Positions 1 through 17,895 of a stretch of 64,000 nt of DNA are shown here, piece after piece. Position 1 is the first letter of the stretch. Each line of letters begins with the position of its first letter. The position numbers were made by a program, and so were the translations under genes. Under the pieces are notes generated by a model. The model was not told where the DNA came from, did no database searches, and was given only the letters and a program-made list of their open reading frames with translations. The stretch is taken from NCBI RefSeq assembly GCF_009914755.1, contig NC_060933.1; one strand, written 5' to 3'. Source of the stretch: the human T2T-CHM13v2.0 reference genome, Homo sapiens.

Positions 1-269
1 AGATCTGGCCATGTTCTCTCTATTACAAATAGTCCTAATGAAATCATATGCTCCACAGTCCAGTGCATTTTGTCTTTGAGAGTTGCCAGCCTCTTTTACT
101 GGAGTTGCAGCTCACGATGTAGAGGAAGCTACTCTGGGGACTTTGGTCATTTTGCACTTTGTAGGAATTGTGCTCAGTAAGTGATTGATTCACTTATCAT
201 GAGAGATAATAGGCAAATAAAAAGAATTCTTATACTTTTGATGGCAGCTAATTGGGTTCCCAGGTTAGC

Positions 270-400
270 CTGGCATAGTGGAAAGAGGGTTCCTGGGTTC
301 TATAGGCTGCAGACATGAACCTCCACATTTGCTACTTGTCTCCTTCAAGGAAGTCACTTCACCTCCCTAAGCCTCAGGTATTCAATTTGTGAAATGATAG
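270..400 (+). mobile_element. MIR fragment
   Basis: degenerate MIR core (aagtcacttcacctccctaagcctcag...tgtgaaatg). Confidence 0.55.
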
Positions 401-1072
401 GTGCTAGATTTCTAATGTTAACACTGTGGAGAAAAACTCCTTTTCTTAGTAGAAATATCTTCCATACTCCCAAAACACACACACTCCTGTTTCTCTTCAG
501 GAAATGCTTCTATTGACCTGTTAGAATAGGAGCTGAAACCCCAGGTGACAATTTTGAATAACGATATAAGAGGTTAATATTCTACTTTAGATGATGGAGG
601 TTAGAAGCAAGTCAGCTAACTGCAGAGCTGTTGTTTTGCTGATTGGATTCAAGTAGAGTGACAGATCTGAGTACCTTGGGACAAAATGAGGGCATTTCTG
701 AGGAAGCAGAAGTCTGAAAGAAAAGAAAGAGGAGAAGTCATGGGAACCACCTTCTCAAATTATAGTTCCTTTTGGCTAGATACTTAGTTAACTAGTGTAA
801 CAGTAAATACAAATGGAACATAGGAAAAAAATAATAATTCTCCCTGATGGAAAAAGGGAAAGAGATCTCCACCACCACCACCACCATTTCCTCAGAACAT
901 TTTCTTTCAGAAACATAAATTCTTTCTCTGCTTCTTAGGGATATAGCAATTTTTTAAAGAAAAAAGATAAGTCTCTTGCAGGTTTTACAATGTAGGAATG
1001 TGTTTCTCAAGGGTCTGGAACTATCTCTGAGATAGAATCACCAAGGAGGATTGTACCTCATCCCCTCATCTT

Positions 1073-2041
1073 TATAAACCAAAAATAAAACTCATAGCCA
1101 CCCCCTCCACCCCTCACAAACATCTGAATGGACCCCTCCTCTGCCAGGGCACCCTAAATTTAACCTGAAAGACTGGTTTAGGCCATGATGGTGAGACAGC
1201 CAGGTGGGAGAGGGTCCCCAGTGAAACTGCAACCAGCCCACACTGGAAGGAATGCACCTTGGGGTGGAGCCACAGAAGTTTGCACTGTTTGCAGAGGGAG
1301 GAGCCTGGTCCCACCTCTTCCTGTGTGGAAACTGGGATTCAATCTGCAAGGCAGGAAGCACACCAGCAGAGACTCTGACTTTGCAGAGGGTCCCTGTTCC
1401 CCCTTTTTTTTTCCTTTTCACCCAATAAAACCCTGCTTTACTCACCCTTCAACTCGTCTGCAAGCCTAAATTTTCGTGGCCATGGGACAAAGACTGCATC
1501 TTTAGCTGAACTAAGGAAAAGTCCCACAACAATGGGGAGGGAGGGTCAGATATGCCTCATTATGCCCTCTTTCCTCTTGGAATTCAGGAAAAACCAATCA
1601 CCATTTAATATCAACACAAGCCTTAGGTCTGAGAAGAAACCTGTACAATCTATTTTCTCTGAAGCCTGCGAAATGGAGGCTTCATCTTCATGATAAAACT
1701 TTGGTCTCTGCAACCTCTTATCATAACCCAGACATTGTTTTCTATGATAATAACTCTTTCAAGCAATTGCCAATCCGAAATTTTTCATTCTACCTATAAC
1801 CTGGACACCCCCTTGCTTTGAGTTGTCCCACTTTTCTGGACTGAACCAACTTATATCTTAAATGTATTTGATTGATGTCTCATGTCTCCCTGAAATGTAT
1901 AAAACTAGGCTGTGCTGCAACCACCTTGGACACATGTTCTCGGGATCTCCTGAGGGCTGTGTCATGGGCCATGGTCACTCATATTTGGCTCAGAATAAAT
2001 TTCTACAAATGTGTTACAAAGTTGGACTCTTTTTATTGACA
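1073..2041 (+). mobile_element. MER4-family ERV1 solo LTR
   Basis: starts tataaaccaaaaataaaa, contains catctgaatggacccctcctct and ends ggctcagaataaat...ttgaca as in MER4 LTRs. Confidence 0.8.
1192..1531 (+). mobile_element. MER61 ERV1 solo LTR
   Basis: tgagacagccaggtggg start, ctaaggaaaagtcccacaaca end, internal AATAAA, TSD ATGG both sides. Confidence 0.85.
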
Positions 2042-2502
2042 TTTTCATGGGAGGGTAGGAACCTAATGTTACCTAGGCGTCGGGCTCCACATTGCAAAAC
2101 TACCTCCTGGTATAAAGATATGAGAATTTGTTTTTCCTTTCGATAAAGGTAATTAGCAAGCACCCATGGCCAATTTCAATTACCCAGTGAATCTGGGATG
2201 AATTCTATGTGGCAAGTGGTGCTGTCAAGTCCTTTTACTAACTTGCAAACTACTTATCATCGATCTTGAGAACGTGTATGTGAGGGTTTTACCTACTTGG
2301 CCACATGAAAGGGTGAGATTTCTGTCTGTTTTTCAATCTCTTTGGCAGATTTCTTGTGATGCACATTGAAGTGAGCCTTAGTGCTTATTCAACAACATCT
2401 ATTCTACTTTTGTGGAGAGGTTTCCTGAACAGGTTTTGTTTTAAATTATTTCCCAAACACTAGATATTTGCTATCTAGTATATCTTTGCTAGGCTGCAAA
2501 GA

Positions 2503-2697
2503 AGGGGTCAGCAAGCTTTTTCTGTAAAGGCCCAGATAGTAAATATTTAGGCTTTATGTGTCACATACAGTTTTAGGTCATATTATTTTCTTTGCTGTTT
2601 TTTTTTTTCCCCAGCCTGTCATTAATGTAAAAAACATTCTTAGCTTGTTGCCCAAATGGGCACTGGATTTGGCCCTTGGCTCCATAATTTGCCAACT
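2503..2697. mobile_element. MER58-family hAT-Charlie MITE
   Basis: ggggtcagcaagctttttctgtaaaggcccagatagtaaatattt ... aatttgccaac. Confidence 0.7.
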
Positions 2698-3518
2698 GTA
2701 AAGTGTGGGAGGAGATTGTGAAACCCTTCCCAGAGAGGCCTGTAAGGGGCACCTTCAGAGGGTGATGCTACCTTTAGGGAAACAGGTGACTCAGACCCAG
2801 TCTTTTATTTACTTCCCTAGCCACTAGAGTTTGGCTCCATCTCTGTGCCAAAGGAATGCAGTGAAGAGAGAAGAGAGGTATTCAAAGGTGACATATACAG
2901 TTGATTCTCATTATTCACAGTAGTTATGTTCTATAAAGTTTCTGTAAATATCAAATTACTGTAGGGGCAGAGAGAAATCTTCCCCTCTGCCCTCTGATAG
3001 TTCACTGCTGAAATGAGCTGACAATAGACAGATTAACAAGGGAAAAATGCACACAATTTATTAATATGCACATGGAGATGGGAGTCCTAAAAATATGAGA
3101 CTCAAAGAAGAGCTTTGGTTAAGCCTTAAATGCCCTCTAGTTGGTTAATTCTTAAATATCCTATTCACAGGGGACAGGGAAAAGGGGGACTGTGGGCACA
3201 TCTAGAGGGAAAGTAAATTATTTTAGGGAAAATGAATGAGCTCAAAGAAAAGACAATTGGCCTGGTACAAAGTTTGTCTGAGCTCTGGGGGAGGTACAAA
3301 CAAATTATGGAAAGGTGAGACCAGAACTTCATTGTAAACAAAGGTTGTCATTAAGCAGATAAAATCTTTCCCATAATCTCTCTGAGCTGCCCTCAGAAGG
3401 ATAGATGAAAAGTCTGTCTGGACATGGTAATGACTTATTTTCTCCTCTCTGGTGGTTACTCTTTCCTGGTTATATGATAAGATCTGTAGAGAGGGAGTTT
3501 TAAAACATCTGCATTTCT

Positions 3519-4167
<649 letters not shown>

Positions 4168-4315
4168 CTAAATTAAAACAAACAAACAAACAAACAAAAA
4201 CACTGCATTTCTTCTGGAGAAACCTCCCTTGGTCAGACTTAATCAGATAAGGAAACTTCAGCAAAAGCCTCTCCTTTCTTGCTTCCTTGCTTCAGGAAAG
4301 AAAGAGGATGGTAGG

Positions 4316-4685
4316 TGATATGGTTTGGCTACGTCCCCACACAAATCTCATCTTAAATTGTAGCTCCCATAATTCCCACATGTTGTGGGAAGGACCCAGT
4401 AGGAAATAATTGAGTCATGGAGGCTGTTCCCCCCATACCCCCATATTGTTCTCCTGGAACAGAATAAGTCTCATGAGAGCTGATGTTTTTATAAGGGGAA
4501 ACCTCTTTCACTTGGTTCTCATTCTTTCTTGTTTGCTGCCATGTAAGGTGTGCCTTTTGCCTTCCACTGTGATTGTGAGGCCTCGCCGGCCATGTGGAAC
4601 TGTGAGTCCATTAAACCTCTTTTTCTTTATCAATTACTCAGTCTTGGGTATGTCTTTATCAGCAGCATGAGAACAGACTAATACA
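4316..4685 (+). mobile_element. THE1 (MaLR) solo LTR
   Basis: tgatatggtttggct ... cagactaataca; 5-bp TSD GTAGG. Confidence 0.9.
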
Positions 4686-5913
4686 GTAGGGTGGGGTTGG
4701 GGGGGCTGATGGTGTTAGACAGAGTGTTGGTCCTGAGGCTTATTTATGAGGCCTTTCAATTTTATTTAATTCAAAGCACTCAACATGTCAAAGTGCCATT
4801 TTTAAGGATGTGGTTTTCAGAGCTCCAACATTAGCAAGTATTAAATTGTTGCTTCTTGGGAAAATGTAAGGGGAAGTTTCTGTGAGCCTCTGGCTGCAAC
4901 ATTTTCATCAAATGATCAAGACATAATCTTGTTTTATATGTGTTTCTGTTTAAAGACACCTTATTTAACATATAAAATTTATTCATCAGCATTGAGATTA
5001 TAGCCAATGGCACTATAGGTCATATCTGAACAAAGTTTATGTCACATGTGCCTCCATAATGCACATCACGGTCTTTTTGTGCTTTGAGAGCACTTTAGCA
5101 CTGTTTGGGGGCCATTGTAAACATCAAAATCACCAAAAAAGCATAAAAATATGAAAACCGTGACACTAAACAGATTGTGAAAAGGACACTTGATTTTAGT
5201 ATGAGAGTTGAAACAAGAAGGCAGAACACGGTTTTGTTCAACATCAGCTGGGAATGTGCAAGCTGGGAGAATGAAATTTTTGGCCAGTCTGTGTATGACA
5301 ACAAAGGTGCTGTGAGTGTGAATTTTGGGGCTAGTAATAAATTTTAGCAGGTGGGTGAATTTGCAAATACAAATACATTTTAGCAAGAAGGTGGATTTGA
5401 AAATACAAAATCCACGAATAATGAGAATTGACATTCTGTGGGAGTTTTATTGAATGTGAAATGTAAAATCTATTTTCTAACTATTCACAACTACTTATGA
5501 ATAATGAATTCATTTCCAAATATGTTTCTGTAAAGAGTGTATATATGTTGGGGGGGGTGTCCCTGGAAGTGCTGAGTGGAACCTCCATTTGGGTGTTATT
5601 GTCACCTGACATTTCAGCCCCACTTTTGGGTTATATCACATAATCTTAAGAATTTAAAAGAATCTAATTAAAATATTTGTATGTTAATGTCCATTTGAGG
5701 ATATTTCAGGAGTAAGAGTGTGTGTGGATTTAAAATGTCATAATTCTTGGCTTGGATTATTACAGTCATCTATTACCATATTTAGAATAATAGCTATGAC
5801 AAGCTTCTGCAAGTAGGTCATGTTTGTGCTAATTGCTTGTCAAAGCTGTATCCCCAATTATCACCAACATAACATGTTGATGAGACAAAGTTGATTGCTA
5901 ATTTATTGCAAAG

Positions 5914-6736
<823 letters not shown>

Positions 6737-8206
6737 CTGGCAAGGGAGAGAGTACAGCCTTTGTAAATTTCTATCAGCATCTCAGAGGAGAGAAGGGGAG
6801 ATCAGAATTTATTGAGAATTGCAAGTTTGGTTTAAGATGGGTCTCTGAAGGAGAGGATTTGATTAGAATTGTGTGAGAATCATGATACAACAGTCTGGGC
6901 TTAGAGAAAATAGTGAGGTGAGGATTTGTGGGGAAGGATTCAAAGACTCAAGCTGTAAACTCGGTCTATGACTTCCCCTGAAGGTTGATAAAGCATTTGG
7001 GAAGTTCCTATAATGAAAAATCAAACCATTCTTTAGGTAGGACAGTCCTTGAAAAGTAATACTAATGGAACAATAGAATAACAAAGTCATGTTAATATCA
7101 GTGGGAAGGTGTGGCTTCGGTTCTCAGTGTCCAGGCTGAGGTGGTTCTCTTGGTTCTTGATTTAATAGCTGATCTTCTATAGAAAAATGTATAGCTGTCA
7201 CTGCCCTGCTTCCTCTGTGTACTAATTTATGACTATGCTCAAAGGCACAAAAGCAATACAAGTATGATCTGGATAGAAAAAAAGAAGTATTTGGCAGCTA
7301 ACTATGAAGAAAATAGACTATTCTGATGGCTGCTTTCATTACTATCACTGTGTACATTGCTGAAAGTAGAACGTGAGCAGAAAATAATAATTTTCGAATT
7401 TAAAACATACTTTGCTGTCTACTTATGACATGCTAATAAGGTAACAAATTCTTATCAATCATGTCTGAAAAGGACACAAATAGAACACAGTGCTTGCCAT
7501 TTTAGTGATTGTCAGATTTCTTGTGACAACTGAGAATGTTAATTTTATAGTAAACTTGCCATTACTCTGTATGTAGTTCATCATGATGTCTTCTGAAGCC
7601 CTTTCAGTCATGGCCTAGTGTTAAATACCAATGCAATGCTGCTTTGATCAATGCAATGCATGCAGTGCCCATAAAACTAATGTCTTGTAAAACTACTTTG
7701 TAGCCAGAAATCTTTAAGACGTTACCAGTATTCTGAGATAACACAGAATACTCTCTCATAATTTTTAAATCTTTAAATATTAGTTTCAACATCAAACACA
7801 ATTCATTATGGTACCACTTTTTTTTAACATGATTAATTTGATAGCTAATACAAATCAATGTGAATGTAAATATATAAGAAATGACATAGGTAAGACAATA
7901 AACATCTGATTACTTGCTCAGCAAATATTTTCTTACCAACGTTACAAACCTCTTTTTTTTGCATTATTTTGAAACATTTACTTTTGCTAGATTCAGTGAA
8001 GCAAGTAAAGTTTGAATTTGAAAATAAACTAAACTGTGATTTGTGGAACAGGTTTTTATTTCACTTTTGAAATAAATGACACATACTGCAATTAATTAAA
8101 TTTGAGATAATTTGATTATTAAATTTGAGATAATGACTTTGAGCAAACTTATCAAAATTTATTATAATAACTCTTTTAAATTAATCGCATTTTTATTCAT
8201 GTGCTA

Positions 8207-8556
8207 TGTTAAACCACATAATCAAACTGAAACTTTAAGAAAGTACACAGGTCCCAGAACAGAGCAGTTTTTCCTCAAGACAGGAAATTCCGGTCTACCT
8301 GAGTCAGTGCAAAAAGGAACTTTTCTCTGCTTTAACCCTTACAACAAATTAACCTGGATTAACCCTGATCTTAACCAATCAGCTTTTTGTCTATTGTTTT
8401 GTTTAATTGTTCTCATTTTACAGGAGCTACTGTTCTTCCATTGTCTGTGAAAGCTCTCATCCTATTTTGTAGAATGCAGGCTGCCCTGATTCATGACTTA
8501 CAAATAGAAGCCAATTACATCTATAACTAAATTTGTTCTAATTTTGTCTTTTAAAA
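8207..8556 (+). mobile_element. old ERV1-class solo LTR (family uncertain)
   Basis: tgttaaa start, aaccaatcagc CCAAT motif, ctgccctgattcatga and ttttgtcttttaa 3' end typical of MER57/MER90-group LTRs. Confidence 0.5.
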
Positions 8557-8569
8557 AGTTATCGTCATA

Positions 8570-8858
8570 GGCCAGGCACAGTGGCTCACACCTAAAATCC
8601 CAGCACTTTGGAAGATCAAGGCAGGCAGATTGCTTGAACCCAGGAGTTTGAGACCAGCCTGGGCAACATGGTGAAACACAGCTTCTACAAAAAATAACCA
8701 GATATGGTGGCATGCGCCTGTAATCCCAGCTACTCCAAAGACTGAGGTGGAAGAATCGCTTGAGCCCAGGAGGTCAAGGCTGCAGTGAGCCATGATCACT
8801 ACAGCCTGGGCAACAGGGCAAGACTCTGTCTCAATAAAACAAACAAATAAACAAAAAA
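8570..8858 (+). mobile_element. AluJ
   Basis: J-type diagnostics (gcttgagcccaggaggtcaaggctgcagtgagccatgatc). Confidence 0.9.
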
Positions 8859-9131
8859 CAGTTAACATCATAAATTTTGTTTTTATTAAGAAAGGGCAAC
8901 TTAATACTTTCCTAGCTCTTGAGGATGTAAATTGGTTATCTAACATATATTAATGTCTCAAATATAGTATTTTTTTTTAAAATATGTTTGTGTAGAATAT
9001 GGAGTGAATTAAGTTAAAATCCAGATAAATATTTTCATTATCTTGCAAAGTTTCCAAAATGCTATGTGTTTTTGCATATAATTATTTACAACTTATTTTT
9101 AACACATTACTTCAGCCTACTAAGGATCCAA

Positions 9132-9561
9132 TGACATAGCCTGGATGTTTGTCTCCTAAACCTCATGTTGAAATTTGAACCCCTGTGTTGGAGGTGGGGC
9201 CTAATGGGAGGTGTTAGGGTCTTGGGAGCAGATCCCTCATGAAAAGATTGTTGCCCTCCCTGGGGAGAGGGGATGAATGAGCTCTCTGTTAGTTCCCAAG
9301 AAAGCTAGTTGTTACAAAGAGCCTAGCACCCCCTCCCCCCTCTTTCCTCTTTTCTCACTATGTGATCTCACTACATGCTGGCTTCCCTTTGCCTTCCGCC
9401 ATGTGTGGAAGCAACATGAGAAATTCACCAGAAGCTGAGCAGATGCTGGTGCCATTCTTCCTGTATGGGCTGCAGAATCATGAGCCAAATAAACCTCTTT
9501 TTTTAATACATTTTTTAGTCTCAAGAGTTTTTTTTAATAGCAACACAAATGGGTTAAGATA
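9132..9561 (+). mobile_element. MST (MaLR) solo LTR
   Basis: ggatgtttgtc...ctcatgttgaaat...aatagcaacacaaatgg; TSD tccaa/ttcaa. Confidence 0.85.
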
Positions 9562-11158
9562 TTCAATGCAATGGTTCATGCCAAAAAATACTTTGCTATC
9601 CCATGTCACGTTATAGACTTCAGGAGAAAGGACGTTTAGAAGGCATAAAGACATTTACAAAGCACAGTAGTCCCTGTTTTTATTAAAACACATCATTGCT
9701 CTATCTAAGTATTTGCTCTGGTTCTGTAAGTGACTGTCCCAGCACACCTCTGGCCTTCAGGTTTATTCTATTTTCCCAGCACAGCACAGTTTTGCTAATT
9801 TGTAAAACTCCAATTTCTCATGAAAATAATCAGATTTCTGGTTTCTCATAAAAAGAAATCAGAGAAGACCTGGTCACACTGGGAGGCATCCCTTATAGGG
9901 TAGGACTATGCCCTTTCAATGAGCCAGGCTCTGTCCTGAGAGACACCATTCCCTCCCAGCTCCATTTACTCCTTACCTCTCCTTGAAGGCTTTTACCTGC
10001 TATGATCTTTAGCAACTCTGCTGCCTTTGCTTGCAAGAGAAGATTAGGCATATAATTAACATTTCAGTAGCAGATCAGGCAGAGTCAGAATGAGGGCTTT
10101 TGAAACACATCGCAGCATTCATTTACAAGTGATTAGTGGTGGCCACAGGACTGGCTGTCGCTGATTTGCCTTGCTTTAGGAAGCCATTTTTATCTTCCCT
10201 CTACTTCTGGCTGTTGGAATATTTCCATCTTCCAGCATATGGCACACTTAGTTCCTGAGGTTTTTGCTCCCAGGAAAAGAGAAAGTCCCCAAACTTAATT
10301 TTATCCTGGGAAGAGCGCATCTAAACCTTTAATTCAGAGCAGATGATCACTAATCCTAGCATAGTCAGACCTAAGCAGGCAATATTTAGGGACAGACAAA
10401 CTTTGAAATAATAGCAACTGGCTATTGTATCTCTACTAAAACTCTGCCTCAAGCGTAGACATGGTTTTCTCCTATAAATCTCACCCTTAGGAACTGACAA
10501 TTTGCCTTAGGTCAGGATGATATTAGTTTAGCACTCACAATAAGTTTTTCTGGAAATTTAGAATGGTAACAGAAGTTTATATTCTTAGGAATAAATATAA
10601 ACTATTTTCTTCCTACTATGTTCTGTGTGTCATTGTGGCTGGTGAATAAAGAAGGGACAGACACTTTGGGAGGCCGAGGTGGGCTATTATTGTTGTGATG
10701 AGGAGTGATGCCTATGAAACCTTTAACATAGTGCCATATACAGTAACAACTCAGTAATATTTAGTTATTTGTATTATTATGCCATCTCCAAGACACCTCA
10801 CCACTAGTCTCTAGAGTATCACAAGTAAAACTATGTGGAATCTTCCACTCACTCCAGTTTCCACTCTGGCAATCGTGTGGTCTATAAAATATACTGTCCT
10901 CTTTCAGACCTGGAAGTGGAAGGAGGCTGCACACATTTGAAAGAAAATTGTCCAATTAAATTCATTATCTTTATGACATAGATATATGGAAAATGGATGT
11001 AAATGCAGGAGATTTGTTTTTAAAAGTTGAATAATAAATTCCGCTGAAATACAATGTCATTCACTATGTAGGCAAATAACATCTACAAAAATTTAGGTAG
11101 AGGGATGTATACATCTGTTAGGATATTCTAGAATGACTTTTTAAAGGTTATGCTGTAA

Positions 11159-11506
<348 letters not shown>

Positions 11507-11932
11507 TCCTCCATAGCCCTTCTAACAGAAGCACCAAATGACAACTCTAGAAGAAACATTTACAACTCTTTCCATTTTTCATCATACCTTTAAATTATAG
11601 GATGTCATTTGATGGTTTATTTCAGTGGTCTGTTGTTCTACTTGGTGGTCTATTTCATTATAAAATATATCTTTTATGACAGTAAACCACTGGACTACAG
11701 AGTCATGATAATTTCTAAATTTTGCTGCTGACCTCTAGAATCACAGTCTATAAATAGTCTGACTTTATATCACTCCTATAAATGTTGTCAGGTTAGGGTC
11801 AAGTAAATAATTAGAAAATAATTCAGTATTTTTTTAATCAAGCATTATGATTTTTATCTTTTTGCAAGTTTAGAGTAACTTTTTCTTGGACAAATGCTTC
11901 TCTTGACCCTGACACTCTCTGAAGATTTGTTT

Positions 11933-12110
11933 TGTGTGCCAAATTGTATTACTGTTCCCAATTACTTGCTGTCCTCCAAGTAAGAGGATTATACTTCCCT
12001 GACACAATGGAGTTGGGATTGGTCATGTGACTTGCTGTAGCCCATAGAACGTGAAGAGAAATGCTGAGAGCCACTGCTGTGAAGAAGCCCACATTCTGCC
12101 CATAATGGCC
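11933..12110 (+). mobile_element. old MLT1 LTR fragment
   Basis: ggattggtcatgtgacttgctgtagcccatagaa motif. Confidence 0.55.
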
Positions 12111-12599
12111 AGAGAGCACATCAGCCATAAATTAGGTTGTTCAGTTCATAGCCTGCCTCCCTCCAAGCAAACATTATGGTGATAGGCAGAATAATGCTAG
12201 GAATCTTAAAGGTTTGGTCATTTTCTTTTCTCATTTTCAGAGCTTTGTGCACTTTTGACCCATATTGTTTTTAAAACTTTGCCACTTAGGATAGATTTAC
12301 AGCAACCCATAGGAAACAAAATTTAAAAACAATATATAAGGCAATTATCTAAGAGCTATAATTTTTAAATTAAAAGATTTTAAAATACTAAAAGGAATGG
12401 CAGGAAAGTTCTCTACTAATTTATTAAATGATACAAAAGAAAATAGACGAGAAAAATGACTAATAACAAATACAGCATCCTCTTTCATATTTTAATATTC
12501 TACATATTAGATTTAATGATGACCAGGTATTTGAGAGTATATTTATTGTCATAAGTTAGGCATAAATGTATATATAGACACATTGATAAATTAAGTGCT

Positions 12600-13460
<861 letters not shown>

Positions 13461-13653
13461 TTTCCCAGTGACTTTTGGATTTTCCTATTCACAACCTATT
13501 TAACTGAGTTTACTGGTTTGAATAGAGAACTTTGGGAGGCAACCAATGTGACTTATTTTAGCAGACGGGATGGTGGTTGAGGTGAACTGATGTGCACATG
13601 AGGTCAGGTCAGTTGTGCACATGGGCATAGCCTTTTCTCAGTGATAATTCTGA

Positions 13654-14139
<486 letters not shown>

Positions 14140-14531
14140 TTAATTGCTGCATTCCGTCTTTTTCTGTAGTGACTTCATATGAGCACTGAGAGCAGAAATG
14201 GTGATGAGGGTTGAGAATTTGCGGTTGTTTTCTTCCCAACTAACTTGTAAATTTAGAATGACCTAAATTTAACGACAACAGCTGCAAACTCTAATCTGAG
14301 TACTATATTATAATATTAACTGCTGAATGAAACTAGACATATTATGTCAACGTAAGAGCAACATTTTCAGGGAAGGGTGAGGAATTTGGACTATTTTAAA
14401 AACTAAAGGAATACAGCAGGCAAAAGCAAACACCAATCTGCTGACATCAGATAAAGACAAACTTTATTTCTGAAAAAAGAAACTTAGGGGAGAAAAGCTT
14501 AGGGCAAACCACCAGCAGATATAGTTTAGAT

Positions 14532-14933
<402 letters not shown>

Positions 14934-15079
14934 TTAAGATGTGATTCCCATGTTGGAGGTAGGCCCTGGTGGGAGGTGTTTGTATCATGGGGGTGGAGAC
15001 CTTATGAATGGTTTGATGCCTTCCTCATGGTAACGAATAAGTCCTCCCTGCATTAGTTCATGCAAAAGCTGGTTGTTTA

Positions 15080-15575
<496 letters not shown>

Positions 15576-15661
15576 TTATAAATTATCCAGCCTCACATAT
15601 TTCTTTATAGCAACACAAAATCGACTAACACACCAGCAGACATGGTGTTCTTGTTCTCAAA

Positions 15662-16059
<398 letters not shown>

Positions 16060-16114
16060 TCACAGTTCTGACTTCATTGACTTTATATCTAATCCCAGGT
16101 ATACCTTGCATAGA

Positions 16115-16334
16115 ATCTGTTACAAGGTGAGGTAAGTGAGGTACTCCCCTTAGGAACACAATTAAATGGGTAAGCACAAAACTTAGCAATCAAAATAAAT
16201 AATGTTTTAATACGTTATTTAAAAATATTAAAATTAATGCAAAAAAGTCACCATGAGCAAATATTAAAATTTAGACAGCAGGATCTGAGCCTGCACTTTT
16301 GCAACTCACCTTGTTCATCTCACCTTAATTCCTG
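16115..16334. mobile_element. hAT-Tip100-like MITE
   Basis: degenerate inverted ends ggtgaggtaagtgagg / ctcaccttgttcatctcacc around an AT-rich core. Confidence 0.5.
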
Positions 16335-16623
16335 TTAATTTCCTTCTCAATTATTTCCAGCAGGACAAAAATTCGTTGGACTTGGTATGAAGATTCAATC
16401 CATACCTTGCAGAAATATTTGGTCTAAGAAGGATATTTCATCTAGGACGAGGTCATTTATTAAGTTTAATTCTCCCATCATGTCTTCAAGGCAACAAATA
16501 TAGTCTAAGACCCTCTATGACCAGTTTTATTTGCCACTTTCCAATTATTTTGTCACTACACAGCCAATCACAATCTGTTGTAAGATTTTACTACAAATGA
16601 TGACTTAATCTTGCTATCATGAT

Positions 16624-16750
16624 TAGGATGATTATATAGTTTTCTTCATTCAAATTGGGACATTCTTTATTTGAAAGGAGTGCTATAGAAATCATGCCAG
16701 GACTAATGGGACTGACTTGGACAAAGCAGTATTGCTTTCAGTATGCGCTA
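16624..16750. mobile_element. MER94/MER81-like (hAT-Blackjack) MITE
   Basis: taggatgattatatag...caaattgggacatt...atgccaggac...gggactg. Confidence 0.5.
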
Positions 16751-16827
16751 TTATATTTTAACCACGTTCTTGTCTCATGGATGACTTTATTAGCATAAGA
16801 GTGGCCACTTTTAAAAAGCAGCATTTC

Positions 16828-16978
16828 TGGGAGGCTGAGGGAGGAGAATGGTGTAAACCCGGGAGGCAGAGCTTGCAGTGAGCCGAGATCGCACCACTGC
16901 ACTCCGGCCTGGGCGACAGAGAGAGACTCTGTCTCAAAAATAAATAAATAAATAAATAAAAAATAAAAATAAAAATAA
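16828..16978 (+). mobile_element. 5'-truncated AluY (right arm)
   Basis: right monomer with tail; TSD aaagcagcatttc. Confidence 0.9.
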
Positions 16979-17033
16979 GAAAGCAGCATTTCCTACATAT
17001 TGCATTCAATTTTTTACTTACCTATCCCTTTGA

Positions 17034-17444
<411 letters not shown>

Positions 17445-17860
17445 TTACGCCATTCCTTGAAATTTGCGTTTATGGCATCTTTGACTTACTTAATAACACA
17501 TCTTGTACCATCGTGCTAGAAATGCTAACTTGTGTTCAGAATTTCTGCATCCTTCTTAAGTGAAACTTTGCCAATTAAGTAAACCTATGATAATACGGTA
17601 ATGAAATCTTATCCCAGTATCTCATTTCTAGTGCCATAATAGTGACAATTTATCTTGTCCTCTTCAGAGGGGCTTAACCTCACTGATTCTGTCAGTAGTA
17701 ATGGATATATTTAATTAATTCAGCAGGAAGTTCTGTCTTTAAGCTCATTCTCTTTCCCCTATGCGGAGAGTGAGGACAAGCTTCTGCAAAAGAGCCGATT
17801 AGCAGAACTTTTGATATTCTGAAGACAGTTACTGTCCCTCTCTTGCTCTTTCTCTTGCTC

Positions 17861-17895
17861 TGTGTGTGTGTGTGTATGTGTGACACACACACACA
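17861..17895. repeat. (TG)n-(CA)n inverted dinucleotide repeat
   Basis: seen directly. Confidence 0.9.

Larger units (their letters stand above)
796..2459 (+). mobile_element. ERV1 solo LTR, MER34-like, interrupted by MER4 and MER61
   Basis: TG...CA termini; 4-bp TSD CTAG at 792-795 and 2460-2463; 3' end (ttgtggagaggttt...ttatttcccaaaca) resembles recalled MER34 consensus. Confidence 0.7.

Noticed and set aside
1192-1531. p53 response element in MER61 (known for some MER61 subfamilies)
   Set aside because: I see no paired RRRCWWGYYY half-sites in this copy.
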